DNA of 64,000 nucleotides from NCBI RefSeq assembly GCF_988242995.1, contig NZ_OZ547043.1; one strand, 5' to 3'. Shown piece by piece: positions 32,849 to 45,346 of this stretch (position 1 is its first letter; each line of letters starts with the position of its first letter). The notes under the pieces were generated by a model. It saw only the letters and a program-made list of their open reading frames with translations, ran no database searches and was not told where the DNA came from. The position numbers and the translations under genes were made by a program.

Positions 32849-35800
32849 TTGAGCCAGGAATACACTGAAGACAAAGAAGTCACATTGACAAAGTTAAGTA
32901 GCGGCCGCCGCCTTCTGGAGGCGTTGCTGATCCTTATTGTCCTGTTTGCCGTCTGGTTGATGGCTGCCTTACTAAGCTTTAACCCTTCGGACCCCAGCTG
33001 GTCGCAAACGGCCTGGCATGAACCTATCCATAATTTAGGTGGGATGCCCGGTGCGTGGCTGGCAGATACGCTGTTCTTTATTTTTGGCGTGATGGCTTAC
33101 ACCATTCCCGTCATTATTGTCGGCGGTTGTTGGTTTGCCTGGCGTCATCAGTCCAGCGACGAATACATTGATTATTTTGCCGTTTCGCTACGCATCATTG
33201 GCGTTTTGGCGCTCATCCTTACCTCCTGTGGTCTGGCGGCAATCAACGCTGACGATATCTGGTATTTTGCCTCCGGTGGCGTCATTGGCAGCTTACTAAG
33301 CACTACGCTACAACCACTGCTACACAGTAGCGGGGGAACTATTGCGCTGCTCTGCGTTTGGGCTGCGGGTCTGACGCTGTTCACCGGTTGGTCATGGGTG
33401 ACCATTGCTGAAAAACTCGGCGGCTGGATTTTAAACATTCTCACCTTCGCCAGTAATCGTACACGTCGCGATGATACCTGGGTCGATGAAGATGAGTATG
33501 AAGATGACGAAGAGTATGAAGATGAAAATCACGGCAAACAGCATGAATCACGCCGTGCCCGTATTCTTCGCGGCGCGCTAGCGCGTCGTAAACGGTTGGC
33601 GGAAAAATTCATTAATCCGATGGGGCGGCAAACAGATGCTGCGTTGTTCTCCGGTAAGCGGATGGATGATGAAGAAGAGATTACCTACACTGCACGCGGT
33701 GTGGCTGCCGACCCTGACGACGTCCTCTTTTCGGGCAATCGTGCAACGCAGCCAGAATATGACGAGTACGATCCATTATTAAACGGTGCGCCAATTACCG
33801 AACCTGTTGCTGTAGCAGCTGCTGCTACCACGGCGACGCAAAGCAGGGCTGCACCGGTTGAACCTGTGACTCAGACGCCACCTGTTGCCTCTGTTGATGT
33901 TGCACCTGCACAACCTACAGTAGCCTGGCAGCCTGTACCGGGGCCACAAACGGGAGAGCCGGTGATTGCTCCGGCACCGGAAGGTTACCCACAGCAGCCA
34001 CAATATGCGCAGCCTGCAGTGCAATATAATGAGCCGCTGCAACAACCTGTACAGCCACAGCAGCCGTATTATGCGCCTGCGGCGGAACAACCTGTTCAGC
34101 AACCGTATTACGCAACTGCGCCGGAACAGTCTGCGCAACAGTCGTATTACGCCCCTGCGCCGGAACAGTCTGCGCAACAGCCGTATTACGCCCCTGCGCC
34201 AGAACAATCGGTGGCAGGTAACGCCTGGCAAGCCGAAGAGCAGCAATCCACTTTTGCTCCACAGTCTACATACCAGACTGAGCAAACTTATCAGCAGCCA
34301 GTCGCTCAGGAGCCGTTGTACCAACAGCCGCAACCTGTTGAACAGCAGCCTGTTGTGGAGCCTGAACCCGTTGTAGAAGAGACAAAACCCGCGCGTCCGC
34401 CGCTTTACTACTTTGAAGAAGTGGAAGAGAAGCGAGCCCGTGAACGTGAACAACTTGCGGTCTGGTATCAACCGATTCCAGAACCGGTTAAAGAACCAGA
34501 ACCGATCAAATCTTCGCTGAAAGCACCTTCTGTTGCAGCAGTACCTCCAGTAGAAGCCGCTGCCGCTGTTTCTCCGCTGGCATCTGGCGTGAAAAAAGCG
34601 ACACTGGCGACGGGGGCTGCCGCAACCGTTGCCGCGCCAGTCTTCAGTCTGGCAAATAGCGGTGGACCGCGTCCGCAGGTCAAAGAGGGGATTGGCCCGC
34701 AGTTGCCACGACCGAAACGTATCCGCGTGCCAACTCGTCGTGAACTGGCGTCTTACGGTATTAAGCTGCCCTCACAGCGTGCGGCAGAAGAAAAAGCCCG
34801 TGAAGCCCAGCGTAATCAGTACGATTCTGGCGATCAGTACAACGATGATGAAATCGATGCGATGCAGCAGGATGAACTGGCACGTCAGTTCGCCCAGACA
34901 CAGCAGCAACGCTATGGCGAACAGTATCAACATGATGTGCCCGTGAACGCAGAAGATGCAGATGCTGCGGCAGAGGCTGAACTGGCTCGTCAGTTTGCGC
35001 AAACTCAACAACAACGTTATTCCGGCGAACAACCGGCTGGGGCGAATCCGTTCTCGCTGGATGATTTTGAATTTTCGCCAATGAAAGCGTTGCTGGATGA
35101 TGGTCCACACGAACCGTTGTTTACGCCAATTGTTGAACCTGTACAGCAGCCGCAACAACCGGTTGCACCGCAGCAGCAGTATCAGCAGCCACAACAGCAG
35201 GTTGCGCCGCAGCCGCAGTATCAGCAGCCGCAACAGCCGGTTGCACCGCAGCAGCAATATCAGCAGCCACAACAACCGGTTGCACCGCAGCCGCAATATC
35301 AGCAGCCGCAACAGCCGGTTGCACCACAGCCGCAATATCAGCAGCCGCAACAGCCAGTTGCGCCGCAGCCGCATGATACCCTGCTTCATCCGCTGTTGAT
35401 GCGCAATGGTGACAGCCGTCCGTTGCATAAACCGACGACGCCGCTGCCTTCTCTGGATTTGCTGACGCCGCCGCCGAGCGAAGTGGAGCCGGTAGATACC
35501 TTTGCGCTTGAACAAATGGCGCGCCTGGTGGAAGCGCGTCTGGCTGATTTCCGTATTAAAGCCGATGTCGTCAATTATTCTCCGGGGCCGGTTATCACTC
35601 GCTTTGAATTGAACCTGGCACCGGGAGTAAAAGCGGCGCGTATTTCTAACTTGTCACGTGACCTTGCCCGTTCACTTTCGACGGTGGCGGTGCGTGTCGT
35701 TGAAGTTATTCCTGGCAAACCCTATGTAGGTCTGGAGTTACCGAATAAAAAACGACAAACCGTTTATCTGCGCGAAGTTTTGGATAACGCCAAATTCCGC

Positions 35801-36916
35801 GATAATCCGTCGCCATTAACCGTGGTGCTGGGTAAAGATATCGCCGGTGAGCCGGTGGTTGCCGATCTGGCGAAAATGCCGCACTTGTTGGTTGCGGGGA
35901 CTACCGGTTCCGGTAAGTCTGTCGGTGTGAACGCGATGATCCTGAGCATGCTTTATAAAGCACAGCCAGAAGATGTGCGTTTCATCATGATCGACCCGAA
36001 AATGCTGGAGCTTTCGGTTTATGAAGGCATCCCGCATCTGTTAACGGAAGTCGTTACTGATATGAAAGATGCCGCCAACGCGCTGCGCTGGTGTGTTAAC
36101 GAGATGGAGCGTCGTTATAAACTGATGTCTGCGCTGGGTGTGCGTAATCTGGCGGGTTATAACGAAAAAATTGCTGAAGCCGATAGGATGATGCGTCCGA
36201 TTCCAGACCCGTACTGGAAGCCGGGTGACAGTATGGATGCCCAGCATCCGGTGCTGAAAAAAGAACCGTACATTGTGGTGTTGGTGGACGAATTTGCCGA
36301 CCTGATGATGACGGTAGGTAAAAAAGTGGAAGAGCTGATAGCACGTCTGGCGCAAAAAGCCCGTGCCGCGGGTATCCACCTCGTACTGGCAACGCAGCGT
36401 CCATCGGTTGATGTTATTACTGGTCTGATTAAAGCGAATATTCCGACCCGTATCGCCTTTACCGTATCCAGTAAGATTGACTCACGTACCATTCTTGATC
36501 AGGCTGGCGCGGAATCACTGCTGGGTATGGGGGATATGCTTTACTCTGGGCCGAACTCCACGTTGCCGGTACGTGTTCATGGTGCTTTTGTTCGCGATCA
36601 GGAAGTTCATGCCGTGGTGCAGGACTGGAAAGCGCGTGGTCGCCCACAGTATGTTGATGGCATCACCTCCGACAGTGAAAGCGAAGGTGGCGCGGGCGGT
36701 TTCGATGGCGCTGAAGAACTGGATCCGTTGTTCGATCAGGCGGTGCAGTTTGTCACTGAAAAACGCAAAGCATCAATTTCAGGCGTACAGCGCCAGTTCC
36801 GCATTGGTTATAACCGTGCAGCGCGTATTATCGAACAGATGGAAGCGCAGGGGATTGTCAGCGAACAGGGGCACAACGGTAATCGTGAAGTGCTGGCCCC
36901 ACCGCCGTTTGACTAA
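32849..36916 (+). CDS. ftsK: DNA translocase FtsK (1355 aa; expanded PQ-rich linker)
   Basis: TTG-initiated [24 protein letters not shown]...; N-terminal membrane domain, long Pro/Gln-rich repetitive linker, C-terminal motor with Walker A GTTGSGKS and gamma-domain. Confidence 0.95.
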   Translation: MSQEYTEDKEVTLTKLSSGRRLLEALLILIVLFAVWLMAALLSFNPSDPSWSQTAWHEPIHNLGGMPGAWLADTLFFIFGVMAYTIPVIIVGGCWFAWRHQSSDEYIDYFAVSLRIIGVLALILTSCGLAAINADDIWYFASGGVIGSLLSTTLQPLLHSSGGTIALLCVWAAGLTLFTGWSWVTIAEKLGGWILNILTFASNRTRRDDTWVDEDEYEDDEEYEDENHGKQHESRRARILRGALARRKRLAEKFINPMGRQTDAALFSGKRMDDEEEITYTARGVAADPDDVLFSGNRATQPEYDEYDPLLNGAPITEPVAVAAAATTATQSRAAPVEPVTQTPPVASVDVAPAQPTVAWQPVPGPQTGEPVIAPAPEGYPQQPQYAQPAVQYNEPLQQPVQPQQPYYAPAAEQPVQQPYYATAPEQSAQQSYYAPAPEQSAQQPYYAPAPEQSVAGNAWQAEEQQSTFAPQSTYQTEQTYQQPVAQEPLYQQPQPVEQQPVVEPEPVVEETKPARPPLYYFEEVEEKRAREREQLAVWYQPIPEPVKEPEPIKSSLKAPSVAAVPPVEAAAAVSPLASGVKKATLATGAAATVAAPVFSLANSGGPRPQVKEGIGPQLPRPKRIRVPTRRELASYGIKLPSQRAAEEKAREAQRNQYDSGDQYNDDEIDAMQQDELARQFAQTQQQRYGEQYQHDVPVNAEDADAAAEAELARQFAQTQQQRYSGEQPAGANPFSLDDFEFSPMKALLDDGPHEPLFTPIVEPVQQPQQPVAPQQQYQQPQQQVAPQPQYQQPQQPVAPQQQYQQPQQPVAPQPQYQQPQQPVAPQPQYQQPQQPVAPQPHDTLLHPLLMRNGDSRPLHKPTTPLPSLDLLTPPPSEVEPVDTFALEQMARLVEARLADFRIKADVVNYSPGPVITRFELNLAPGVKAARISNLSRDLARSLSTVAVRVVEVIPGKPYVGLELPNKKRQTVYLREVLDNAKFRDNPSPLTVVLGKDIAGEPVVADLAKMPHLLVAGTTGSGKSVGVNAMILSMLYKAQPEDVRFIMIDPKMLELSVYEGIPHLLTEVVTDMKDAANALRWCVNEMERRYKLMSALGVRNLAGYNEKIAEADRMMRPIPDPYWKPGDSMDAQHPVLKKEPYIVVLVDEFADLMMTVGKKVEELIARLAQKARAAGIHLVLATQRPSVDVITGLIKANIPTRIAFTVSSKIDSRTILDQAGAESLLGMGDMLYSGPNSTLPVRVHGAFVRDQEVHAVVQDWKARGRPQYVDGITSDSESEGGAGGFDGAEELDPLFDQAVQFVTEKRKASISGVQRQFRIGYNRAARIIEQMEAQGIVSEQGHNGNREVLAPPPFD

Positions 36917-36926
36917 TTAATGCATC

Positions 36927-36964
36927 GTAGGCCGGATAAGGCGTGGTAGCGTTGCATCCGGCAC
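36927..36964. repeat. REP (repetitive extragenic palindromic) element between ftsK and lolA
   Basis: GTAGGCCGGATAAGGCGTGGTAGCGTTGCATCCGGCAC matches the REP consensus (GCCGGATG...CGCCTTATCCGGCCTAC) in inverted orientation. Confidence 0.7.
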
Positions 36965-37074
36965 TCTATGAATTGAAAATTCAGTATTTTCTTCTTTCCT
37001 CAAGCTGATTATTAGCCTGGAATAGAGAGTAGAGGGAACTCCCGGTCGGGAGTGACGTAATTTGAGGAATAATG

Positions 37075-37686
37075 ATGAAAAAAATTGCCATCACCTGTGC
37101 ATTACTCTCAAGCTTAGTAGCAAGCAGCGTTTGGGCTGATGCCGCAAGCGATCTGAAAAGCCGCCTGGATAAAGTCAGCAGCTTCCACGCCAGCTTCACA
37201 CAAAAAGTGACTGACGGTAGCGGCGCGGCGGTGCAGGAAGGCCAGGGCGATCTGTGGGTGAAACGTCCAAACTTATTCAACTGGCATATGACTCAACCTG
37301 ATGAAAGCATTCTGGTTTCTGACGGTAAAACACTGTGGTTCTATAACCCGTTCGTTGAGCAAGCTACGGCAACCTGGCTGAAAGATGCCACCGGTAATAC
37401 GCCGTTTATGCTGATTGCCCGCAACCAGTCCAGCGACTGGCAGCAGTACAATATCAAACAGAATGGCGATGACTTTGTCCTGACGCCGAAAGCCAGCAAT
37501 GGCAATCTGAAGCAGTTCACCATTAACGTGGGACGTGATGGCACGATCCATCAGTTTAGCGCGGTGGAGCAGGACGATCAGCGCAGCAGTTATCAGCTGA
37601 AATCCCAGCAAAATGGGGCTGTGGATGCAGCGAAATTTACCTTCACCCCGCCGCAAGGCGTCACGGTAGATGATCAACGTAAGTAG
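37075..37686 (+). CDS. lolA: Outer-membrane lipoprotein carrier protein LolA
   Basis: ORF 37072..37686; [21 protein letters not shown] signal peptide; 203 aa. Confidence 0.9.
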
Positions 37687-37696
37687 AGGCACCTGA

Positions 37697-39040
37697 GTGA
37701 GCAATCTGTCGCTCGATTTTTCGGATAACACTTTTCAACCTCTGGCCGCGCGTATGCGGCCAGAAAATTTAGCACAGTATATCGGTCAGCAACATTTGCT
37801 GGCTGCGGGGAAGCCGTTGCCGCGTGCAATCGAAGCCGGGCATTTGCATTCGATGATCCTCTGGGGGCCACCGGGTACCGGCAAAACAACCCTCGCTGAA
37901 GTGATTGCCCGCTATGCGAATGCTGATGTGGAACGTATTTCTGCCGTCACCTCTGGCGTGAAAGAGATTCGCGAGGCGATAGAGCGCGCTCGGCAAAACC
38001 GCAATGCAGGTCGCCGCACTATTCTTTTTGTTGACGAAGTTCACCGTTTCAACAAAAGCCAGCAGGATGCATTTCTGCCGCATATTGAAGACGGCACCAT
38101 CACTTTTATTGGCGCAACCACTGAAAACCCGTCGTTTGAGCTTAATTCGGCACTGCTTTCCCGTGCCCGTGTCTATCTGCTGAAATCCCTGAGTACAGAG
38201 GATATTGAGCAAGTACTGACTCAGGCGATGGAAGACAAAACCCGTGGCTATGGTGGTCAGGATATTGTTCTGCCAGATGAAACACGACGCGCCATTGCTG
38301 AACTGGTGAATGGCGACGCGCGCCGGGCGTTAAATACGCTGGAAATGATGGCTGATATGGCCGAAGTCGATGATAGCGGTAAGCGGGTCCTGAAGCCTGA
38401 ATTACTGACCGAAATCGCCGGTGAACGTAGCGCCCGCTTTGATAACAAAGGCGATCGCTTTTACGATCTCATTTCCGCACTGCATAAGTCGGTACGTGGT
38501 AGCGCACCCGATGCGGCGCTGTACTGGTATGCACGAATTATTACTGCCGGTGGCGATCCGTTATATGTCGCGCGTCGCTGTCTGGCGATAGCGTCGGAAG
38601 ATGTGGGTAATGCTGATCCACGAGCGATGCAGGTGGCAATTGCGGCCTGGGATTGCTTTACCCGAGTTGGCCCGGCGGAAGGTGAACGCGCCATTGCTCA
38701 GGCGATTGTTTACCTGGCCTGCGCGCCAAAAAGCAACGCTGTCTACACTGCGTTTAAAGCCGCGCTGGCGGATGCTCGCGAACGTCCGGATTATGACGTG
38801 CCGGTTCATTTGCGTAATGCGCCGACGAAATTAATGAAGGAAATGGGCTACGGGCAGGAATATCGTTACGCTCATGATGAAGCAAACGCTTATGCTGCCG
38901 GTGAGGTTTATTTCCCGCCGGAAATAGCACAAACACGCTATTATTTCCCGACAAACAGGGGCCTTGAAGGCAAGATTGGCGAAAAGCTCGCCTGGCTGGC
39001 TGAACAGGATCAAAATAGCCCCATAAAACGCTACCGTTAA
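37697..39040 (+). CDS. rarA: Recombination-associated AAA+ ATPase RarA (MgsA)
   Basis: GTG-initiated 447-aa ORF; Walker [10 protein letters not shown]; Walker [11 protein letters not shown]. Confidence 0.9.
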
Positions 39041-39109
39041 TGTTATCGTTGCGGTAATGTTGTTACTGTATCCCTGTGGTCGCAGGCTGTGGCCACATCT
39101 CCCATTTAA

Positions 39110-40423
<1,314 letters not shown>

Positions 40424-40443
40424 TACCCAATTTTTCTGAATCT

Positions 40444-40469
40444 AAAAAGCGCCTGCGGGCGCTTTTTTT
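40444..40469 (+). terminator. Intrinsic terminator of serS
   Basis: AAAAAGCGCC-TGCG-GGCGC followed by TTTTTTT; the IS200-like element starts at the end of the T-tract. Confidence 0.8.
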
Positions 40470-41180
40470 GTGCACAGAAAACCCCCAGCTAGGCTGGGGG
40501 TTCCGGAAAGCTTTCAGCTTTGAGCCAGTTATTAAAACCCCTTTTGATTTGTTAAAACACCTTGCGGTCTGGCAACTGCAAGTGTCAAACAAGAAATCAA
40601 AAGGGGGTCCCAATGGGGGACGAAAAGAGCTTAGCGCACACCCGCTGGAACTGTAAATATCACATAGTTTTTGCGCCGAAATACCGAAGACTGGCGTTTT
40701 ACGGAGAGAAGCGTAGGGCGATAGGCAGTATTTTGAGAAAGCTGTGTGAGTGGAAAAGCGTACGGATTCTGGAAGCAGAGTGCTGCGCAGATCATATCCA
40801 TATGCTTGTGGAAATCCCACCCAAAATGAGCGTATCCGGCTTTATGGGATATCTGAAAGGGAAAAGCAGTCTGATGCTTTACGAGCAGTTTGGGGATTTG
40901 AAATTCAAATACAGAAACAGGGAGTTCTGGTGCCGAGGGTACTATGTCGATACGGTGGGTAAGAACACGGCGAAGATACGTGACTACATAAAGCACCAGC
41001 TTGAAGAGGATAAAATGGGGGAGCAGTTATCGATTCCATATCCGGGCAGCCCGTTTACGGGCCGTAAGTAACGAAGTTGAATGCAAATGTCAGATCGTAT
41101 GCGCCTGTTAGGGCGCGGCTGGTAACAGAGCCTTACAGGCGCATTTGAAAAACCTCCGGCTATGCCGGAGGATATTTATT
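40467..41180 (+). mobile_element. IS200-family insertion sequence, copy A (~714 bp)
   Basis: Sequence shared with copy B at a constant offset of 4877 bp; left-end hairpin CCCCCAGC-TAG-GCTGGGGG, single tnpA ORF, right-end hairpin CCTCCGGC-TAT-GCCGGAGG; flanks differ immediately outside. Confidence 0.9.
40613..41071 (+). CDS. tnpA: IS200 Y1 (HuH) transposase TnpA
   Basis: 152-aa ORF from ATG at 40613: MGDEKSLAHTRWNCKYHIVFAPKYRR...; HuH motif HIHMLVEIP and catalytic Tyr in RGYYVDTVG; the longer 169-aa ORF 40562.. in the track is an upstream extension. Confidence 0.92.
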   Translation: MGDEKSLAHTRWNCKYHIVFAPKYRRLAFYGEKRRAIGSILRKLCEWKSVRILEAECCADHIHMLVEIPPKMSVSGFMGYLKGKSSLMLYEQFGDLKFKYRNREFWCRGYYVDTVGKNTAKIRDYIKHQLEEDKMGEQLSIPYPGSPFTGRK

Positions 41181-41188
41181 GTCTCCCT

Positions 41189-41202
41189 TTGATACCGAAC
41201 AA
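41189..41202 (+). promoter_or_regulatory. FNR box of the dmsA promoter
   Basis: TTGATACCGAACAA, near-consensus TTGAT-N4-ATCAA half-sites, ~170 bp upstream of the dmsA start codon; dmsABC is a classic FNR-activated operon. Confidence 0.65.
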
Positions 41203-41372
41203 TAATTACTCCTCACTTACACGTAATACTACTTTCGAGTGAAAATCTACCTATCTCTTTGATTTTCAAATTATTCGATGTATACAAGCCTATATAGCGA
41301 CCTGCTATAGAAATAATTACACAATACGGTTTGTTACTGGAATCAATCGTGAGCAAGCTTGAGTGAGCCATT

Positions 41373-43817
41373 ATGAAAACGAAAATCCCTGATGCGGTAT
41401 TGGCTGCTGAGGTGAGTCGCCGTGGTTTGGTAAAAACGACAGCGATCGGCGGCCTGGCAATGGCCAGCAGCGCATTAACATTACCTTTTAGTCGGATTGC
41501 GCACGCTGTCGATAGCGCCATTCCAACAAAATCAGACGAAAAGGTTATCTGGAGCGCCTGTACAGTTAACTGTGGTAGTCGCTGCCCGCTACGTATGCAC
41601 GTCGTGGACGGTGAAATCAAATATGTTGAAACGGATAATACTGGCGATGACAACTATGACGGCCTGCACCAGGTGCGCGCCTGTCTGCGTGGTCGTTCCA
41701 TGCGTCGCCGTGTCTACAATCCGGACCGCCTGAAATATCCGATGAAACGAGTCGGGGCGCGCGGTGAAGGCAAATTCGAGCGCATTAGCTGGGAAGAAGC
41801 CTACGACATCATCGCGACCAATATGCAGCGCCTGATCAAAGAGTACGGCAACGAGTCTATCTATCTGAACTATGGTACCGGTACGCTGGGCGGCACCATG
41901 ACCCGCTCCTGGCCGCCGGGAAATACCCTGGTCGCTCGCCTGATGAACTGCTGCGGCGGTTATCTGAACCATTACGGTGACTACTCTTCCGCGCAAATTG
42001 CGGAAGGTTTGAACTATACCTACGGCGGCTGGGCAGATGGTAACAGCCCGTCGGATATCGAAAACAGTAAACTGGTAGTGCTGTTTGGTAATAACCCTGG
42101 CGAAACGCGAATGAGTGGCGGTGGGGTGACTTACTATCTTGAACAGGCGCGCCAGAAATCTAATGCTCGCATGATCATCATCGATCCGCGCTATACCGAC
42201 ACCGGTGCCGGGCGCGAAGATGAGTGGATCCCTATTCGTCCGGGAACAGATGCCGCACTGGTTAACGGTCTGGCGTATGTCATGATCACCGAAAACCTGG
42301 TGGATCAGGCATTCCTCGATAAATTTTGCGTTGGCTACGACGAGAAAACACTGCCAGCCAGTGCGCCGAAAAATGGTCACTATAAAGCTTATATTCTGGG
42401 TGAAGGGCCAGATGGCGTGGCTAAAACGCCGGAATGGGCCTCGCAAATCACCGGTGTTCCGGCAGACAAAATCATCAAATTGGCTCGTGAAATCGGTAGT
42501 ACCAAACCGGCGTTTATCAGCCAGGGATGGGGCCCGCAGCGTCACGCTAACGGTGAAATCGCAACCCGTGCTATCTCGATGCTGGCGATTCTGACCGGTA
42601 ACGTTGGTATTAATGGAGGGAACAGCGGCGCGCGTGAAGGTTCATACAGCTTACCGTTTGTGCGTATGCCGACCCTCGAAAACCCGATCCAGACCAGCAT
42701 TTCTATGTTTATGTGGACCGATGCCATTGAACGTGGCCCGGAAATGACAGCGCTGCGTGATGGTGTGCGCGGGAAAGATAAGCTGGATGTGCCGATCAAA
42801 ATGATCTGGAACTATGCCGGTAACTGCCTGATTAACCAGCATTCTGAAATCAACCGTACCCATGAAATCCTTCAGGATGATAAGAAGTGCGAGCTGATTG
42901 TGGTTATCGACTGCCACATGACCTCATCAGCGAAATATGCTGACATCCTGCTGCCTGACTGCACCGCTTCCGAACAGATGGACTTTGCACTGGATGCATC
43001 CTGCGGGAATATGTCTTACGTGATTTTCAACGATCAGGTGATTAAACCGCGCTTTGAATGTAAGACCATCTATGAAATGACCAGCGAACTGGCAAAACGT
43101 CTTGGCGTTGAGCAACAGTTTACTGAAGGCCGTACACAGGAAGAGTGGATGCGGCATCTGTATGCCCAGTCGCGGGAAGCGATTCCTGAACTGCCAACGT
43201 TTGAAGAGTTCCGCAAGCAGGGGATCTTTAAAAAGCGCGACCCACAAGGGCACCACGTTGCTTATAAAGCTTTCCGTGAAGATCCTCAGGCAAATCCACT
43301 GACCACGCCATCGGGTAAAATTGAGATTTATTCGCAGGCGCTGGCTGACATTGCCGCGACCTGGGAATTGCCAGAAGGCGATGTGATCGATCCACTGCCG
43401 ATCTATACGCCGGGCTTTGAAAGTTATCAGGATCCGCTGAACAAACAATATCCGCTGCAGCTTACTGGCTTCCACTACAAATCTCGCGTTCACTCAACTT
43501 ACGGCAACGTTGATGTGCTGAAAGCAGCTTGCCGTCAGGAAATGTGGATCAACCCGCTTGATGCACAAAAACGCGGTATCAACAACGGCGATAAAGTCAG
43601 GATCTTTAACGATCGTGGTGAGGTTCATATTGAGGCGAAAGTGACGCCACGAATGATGCCGGGTGTGGTCGCACTGGGTGAAGGTGCCTGGTATGACCCG
43701 GATGCAAAACGTGTCGATAAGGGCGGTTGTATCAACGTACTGACCACTCAACGTCCGTCTCCTCTCGCGAAGGGGAATCCGTCGCATACAAACCTTGTTC
43801 AGGTTGAAAAGGTGTAA
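41373..43817 (+). CDS. dmsA: Dimethyl sulfoxide reductase catalytic subunit DmsA (molybdopterin, Tat-exported)
   Basis: 814-aa ORF with twin-arginine signal (VSRRGLVKTTAIGGLAMA) and N-terminal Cys cluster. Confidence 0.95.
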   Translation: MKTKIPDAVLAAEVSRRGLVKTTAIGGLAMASSALTLPFSRIAHAVDSAIPTKSDEKVIWSACTVNCGSRCPLRMHVVDGEIKYVETDNTGDDNYDGLHQVRACLRGRSMRRRVYNPDRLKYPMKRVGARGEGKFERISWEEAYDIIATNMQRLIKEYGNESIYLNYGTGTLGGTMTRSWPPGNTLVARLMNCCGGYLNHYGDYSSAQIAEGLNYTYGGWADGNSPSDIENSKLVVLFGNNPGETRMSGGGVTYYLEQARQKSNARMIIIDPRYTDTGAGREDEWIPIRPGTDAALVNGLAYVMITENLVDQAFLDKFCVGYDEKTLPASAPKNGHYKAYILGEGPDGVAKTPEWASQITGVPADKIIKLAREIGSTKPAFISQGWGPQRHANGEIATRAISMLAILTGNVGINGGNSGAREGSYSLPFVRMPTLENPIQTSISMFMWTDAIERGPEMTALRDGVRGKDKLDVPIKMIWNYAGNCLINQHSEINRTHEILQDDKKCELIVVIDCHMTSSAKYADILLPDCTASEQMDFALDASCGNMSYVIFNDQVIKPRFECKTIYEMTSELAKRLGVEQQFTEGRTQEEWMRHLYAQSREAIPELPTFEEFRKQGIFKKRDPQGHHVAYKAFREDPQANPLTTPSGKIEIYSQALADIAATWELPEGDVIDPLPIYTPGFESYQDPLNKQYPLQLTGFHYKSRVHSTYGNVDVLKAACRQEMWINPLDAQKRGINNGDKVRIFNDRGEVHIEAKVTPRMMPGVVALGEGAWYDPDAKRVDKGGCINVLTTQRPSPLAKGNPSHTNLVQVEKV

Positions 43818-43827
43818 GGAGTAACCG

Positions 43828-44445
43828 ATGACAACCCAGTATGGATTTTTAATTGATTCCAGCCGTTGCACCGGTTGCAAAACCTGCGAGCTGGCCTGTA
43901 AAGACTATAAAGATCTGACGCCGGAAGTCAGCTTCCGCCGCATTTATGAATATGCTGGCGGTGACTGGCAGGAAGATAACGGTGTCTGGCATCAGAACGT
44001 GTTTGCCTACTATCTGTCGATTTCATGTAACCACTGCGAAGATCCGGCTTGTACTAAAGTCTGCCCGAGTGGTGCGATGCATAAACGTGAAGATGGTTTT
44101 GTTGTAGTCGATGAAGATGTGTGCATTGGCTGCCGCTACTGCCATATGGCTTGCCCGTATGGCGCACCGCAATATAACGAAACGAAAGGCCATATGACCA
44201 AATGCGATGGTTGTTATGACCGTGTTGCGGAGGGGAAAAAGCCGATCTGTGTTGAATCTTGCCCGCTGCGGGCGCTGGATTTCGGCCCTATCGACGAGCT
44301 GCGTAAAAAACATGGCGATCTGGCGGCCGTTGCGCCGTTGCCGCGAGCTCACTTTACCAAACCGAATATTGTGATCAAACCCAATGCCAACAGCCGCCCG
44401 ACCGGGGATACCACTGGCTATCTGGCAAACCCGAAGGAGGTGTGA
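43828..44445 (+). CDS. dmsB: DMSO reductase iron-sulfur subunit DmsB
   Basis: 205-aa ORF with four CxxCxxCxxxCP ferredoxin-type motifs. Confidence 0.95.
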   Translation: MTTQYGFLIDSSRCTGCKTCELACKDYKDLTPEVSFRRIYEYAGGDWQEDNGVWHQNVFAYYLSISCNHCEDPACTKVCPSGAMHKREDGFVVVDEDVCIGCRYCHMACPYGAPQYNETKGHMTKCDGCYDRVAEGKKPICVESCPLRALDFGPIDELRKKHGDLAAVAPLPRAHFTKPNIVIKPNANSRPTGDTTGYLANPKEV

Positions 44446-44446
44446 G

Positions 44447-45310
44447 ATGGGAAGTGGATGGCATGAATGGCCGCTGATGATCTTCACGGTCTTCGGGCAA
44501 TGTGTAGCGGGTGGTTTTATCGTTCTGGCTTTGGCGCTGCTCAAAGGCGACCTGCGAGCAGAAGCCCAGCAGCGTGTTATTGCCTGCATGTTTGGTTTAT
44601 GGGTGCTGATGGGCATTGGCTTTATCGCCTCTATGCTTCATCTTGGTTCACCGATGCGCGCCTTTAACTCGCTCAACCGGGTAGGGGCTTCAGCACTCAG
44701 TAACGAAATCGCCAGCGGTTCGATCTTTTTTGCTGTTGGTGGCATCGGCTGGTTACTGGCAATGCTGAAAAAGCTGTCACCGGCATTGCGTACGCTGTGG
44801 CTGGTGGTGACGATGGTTCTTGGCGTCATCTTTGTCTGGATGATGGTGCGTGTCTATAACAGCATCGATACCGTACCCACCTGGTACAGCATCTGGACAC
44901 CGATGGGCTTCTTCCTGACGATGTTCATGGGCGGCCCGTTACTGGGTTACCTGTTGCTGAGTCTGGCTGGCGTCGATGGCTGGGCGATGCGTCTGCTGCC
45001 AGCCATTTCTGTACTGGCACTGGTAGTGAGTGGCGTGATGTCAGTGATGCAGGGCGCAGAGCTGGCGACTATTCATAGTTCTGTGCAGCAGGCCGCAGCG
45101 CTGGTGCCGGACTATGGTGCGCTGATGTCCTGGCGGATCGTGCTTTTGGCTGTTGCCCTGTGTTTGTGGATTGCACCACAGCTAAAAGGTTATCAGCCTG
45201 CGGTTCCGCTACTATCCGTCTCATTCATTTTGCTTCTGGCAGGAGAATTAATCGGCCGCGGCGTATTCTATGGTTTGCATATGACCGTGGGGATGGCCGT
45301 CGCAAGCTAA
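44447..45310 (+). CDS. dmsC: DMSO reductase membrane anchor subunit DmsC
   Basis: ORF 44384..45310 trimmed to the ATG overlapping the dmsB stop (TGAGATG): MGSGWHEWPLMIFTVFGQC...; polytopic; 287 aa. Confidence 0.9.
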   Translation: MGSGWHEWPLMIFTVFGQCVAGGFIVLALALLKGDLRAEAQQRVIACMFGLWVLMGIGFIASMLHLGSPMRAFNSLNRVGASALSNEIASGSIFFAVGGIGWLLAMLKKLSPALRTLWLVVTMVLGVIFVWMMVRVYNSIDTVPTWYSIWTPMGFFLTMFMGGPLLGYLLLSLAGVDGWAMRLLPAISVLALVVSGVMSVMQGAELATIHSSVQQAAALVPDYGALMSWRIVLLAVALCLWIAPQLKGYQPAVPLLSVSFILLLAGELIGRGVFYGLHMTVGMAVAS

Positions 45311-45318
45311 TCAGTAAC

Positions 45319-45346
45319 AACCGGGGTTTCGACCCCGGTTCTCTTT
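45319..45346 (+). terminator. Intrinsic terminator of dmsC
   Basis: CCGGGG-TTTCGA-CCCCGG followed by TTCTCTTT; IS200-like copy B begins within or at the end of the T-rich tail. Confidence 0.75.

Noticed and set aside
33779-35515. Minus-strand ORFs of 230 and 247 aa rich in R/L/Q, plus several shorter ones
   Set aside because: They lie antisense to the repetitive PQ-rich ftsK linker; low-complexity translation of repeat DNA, not genes.
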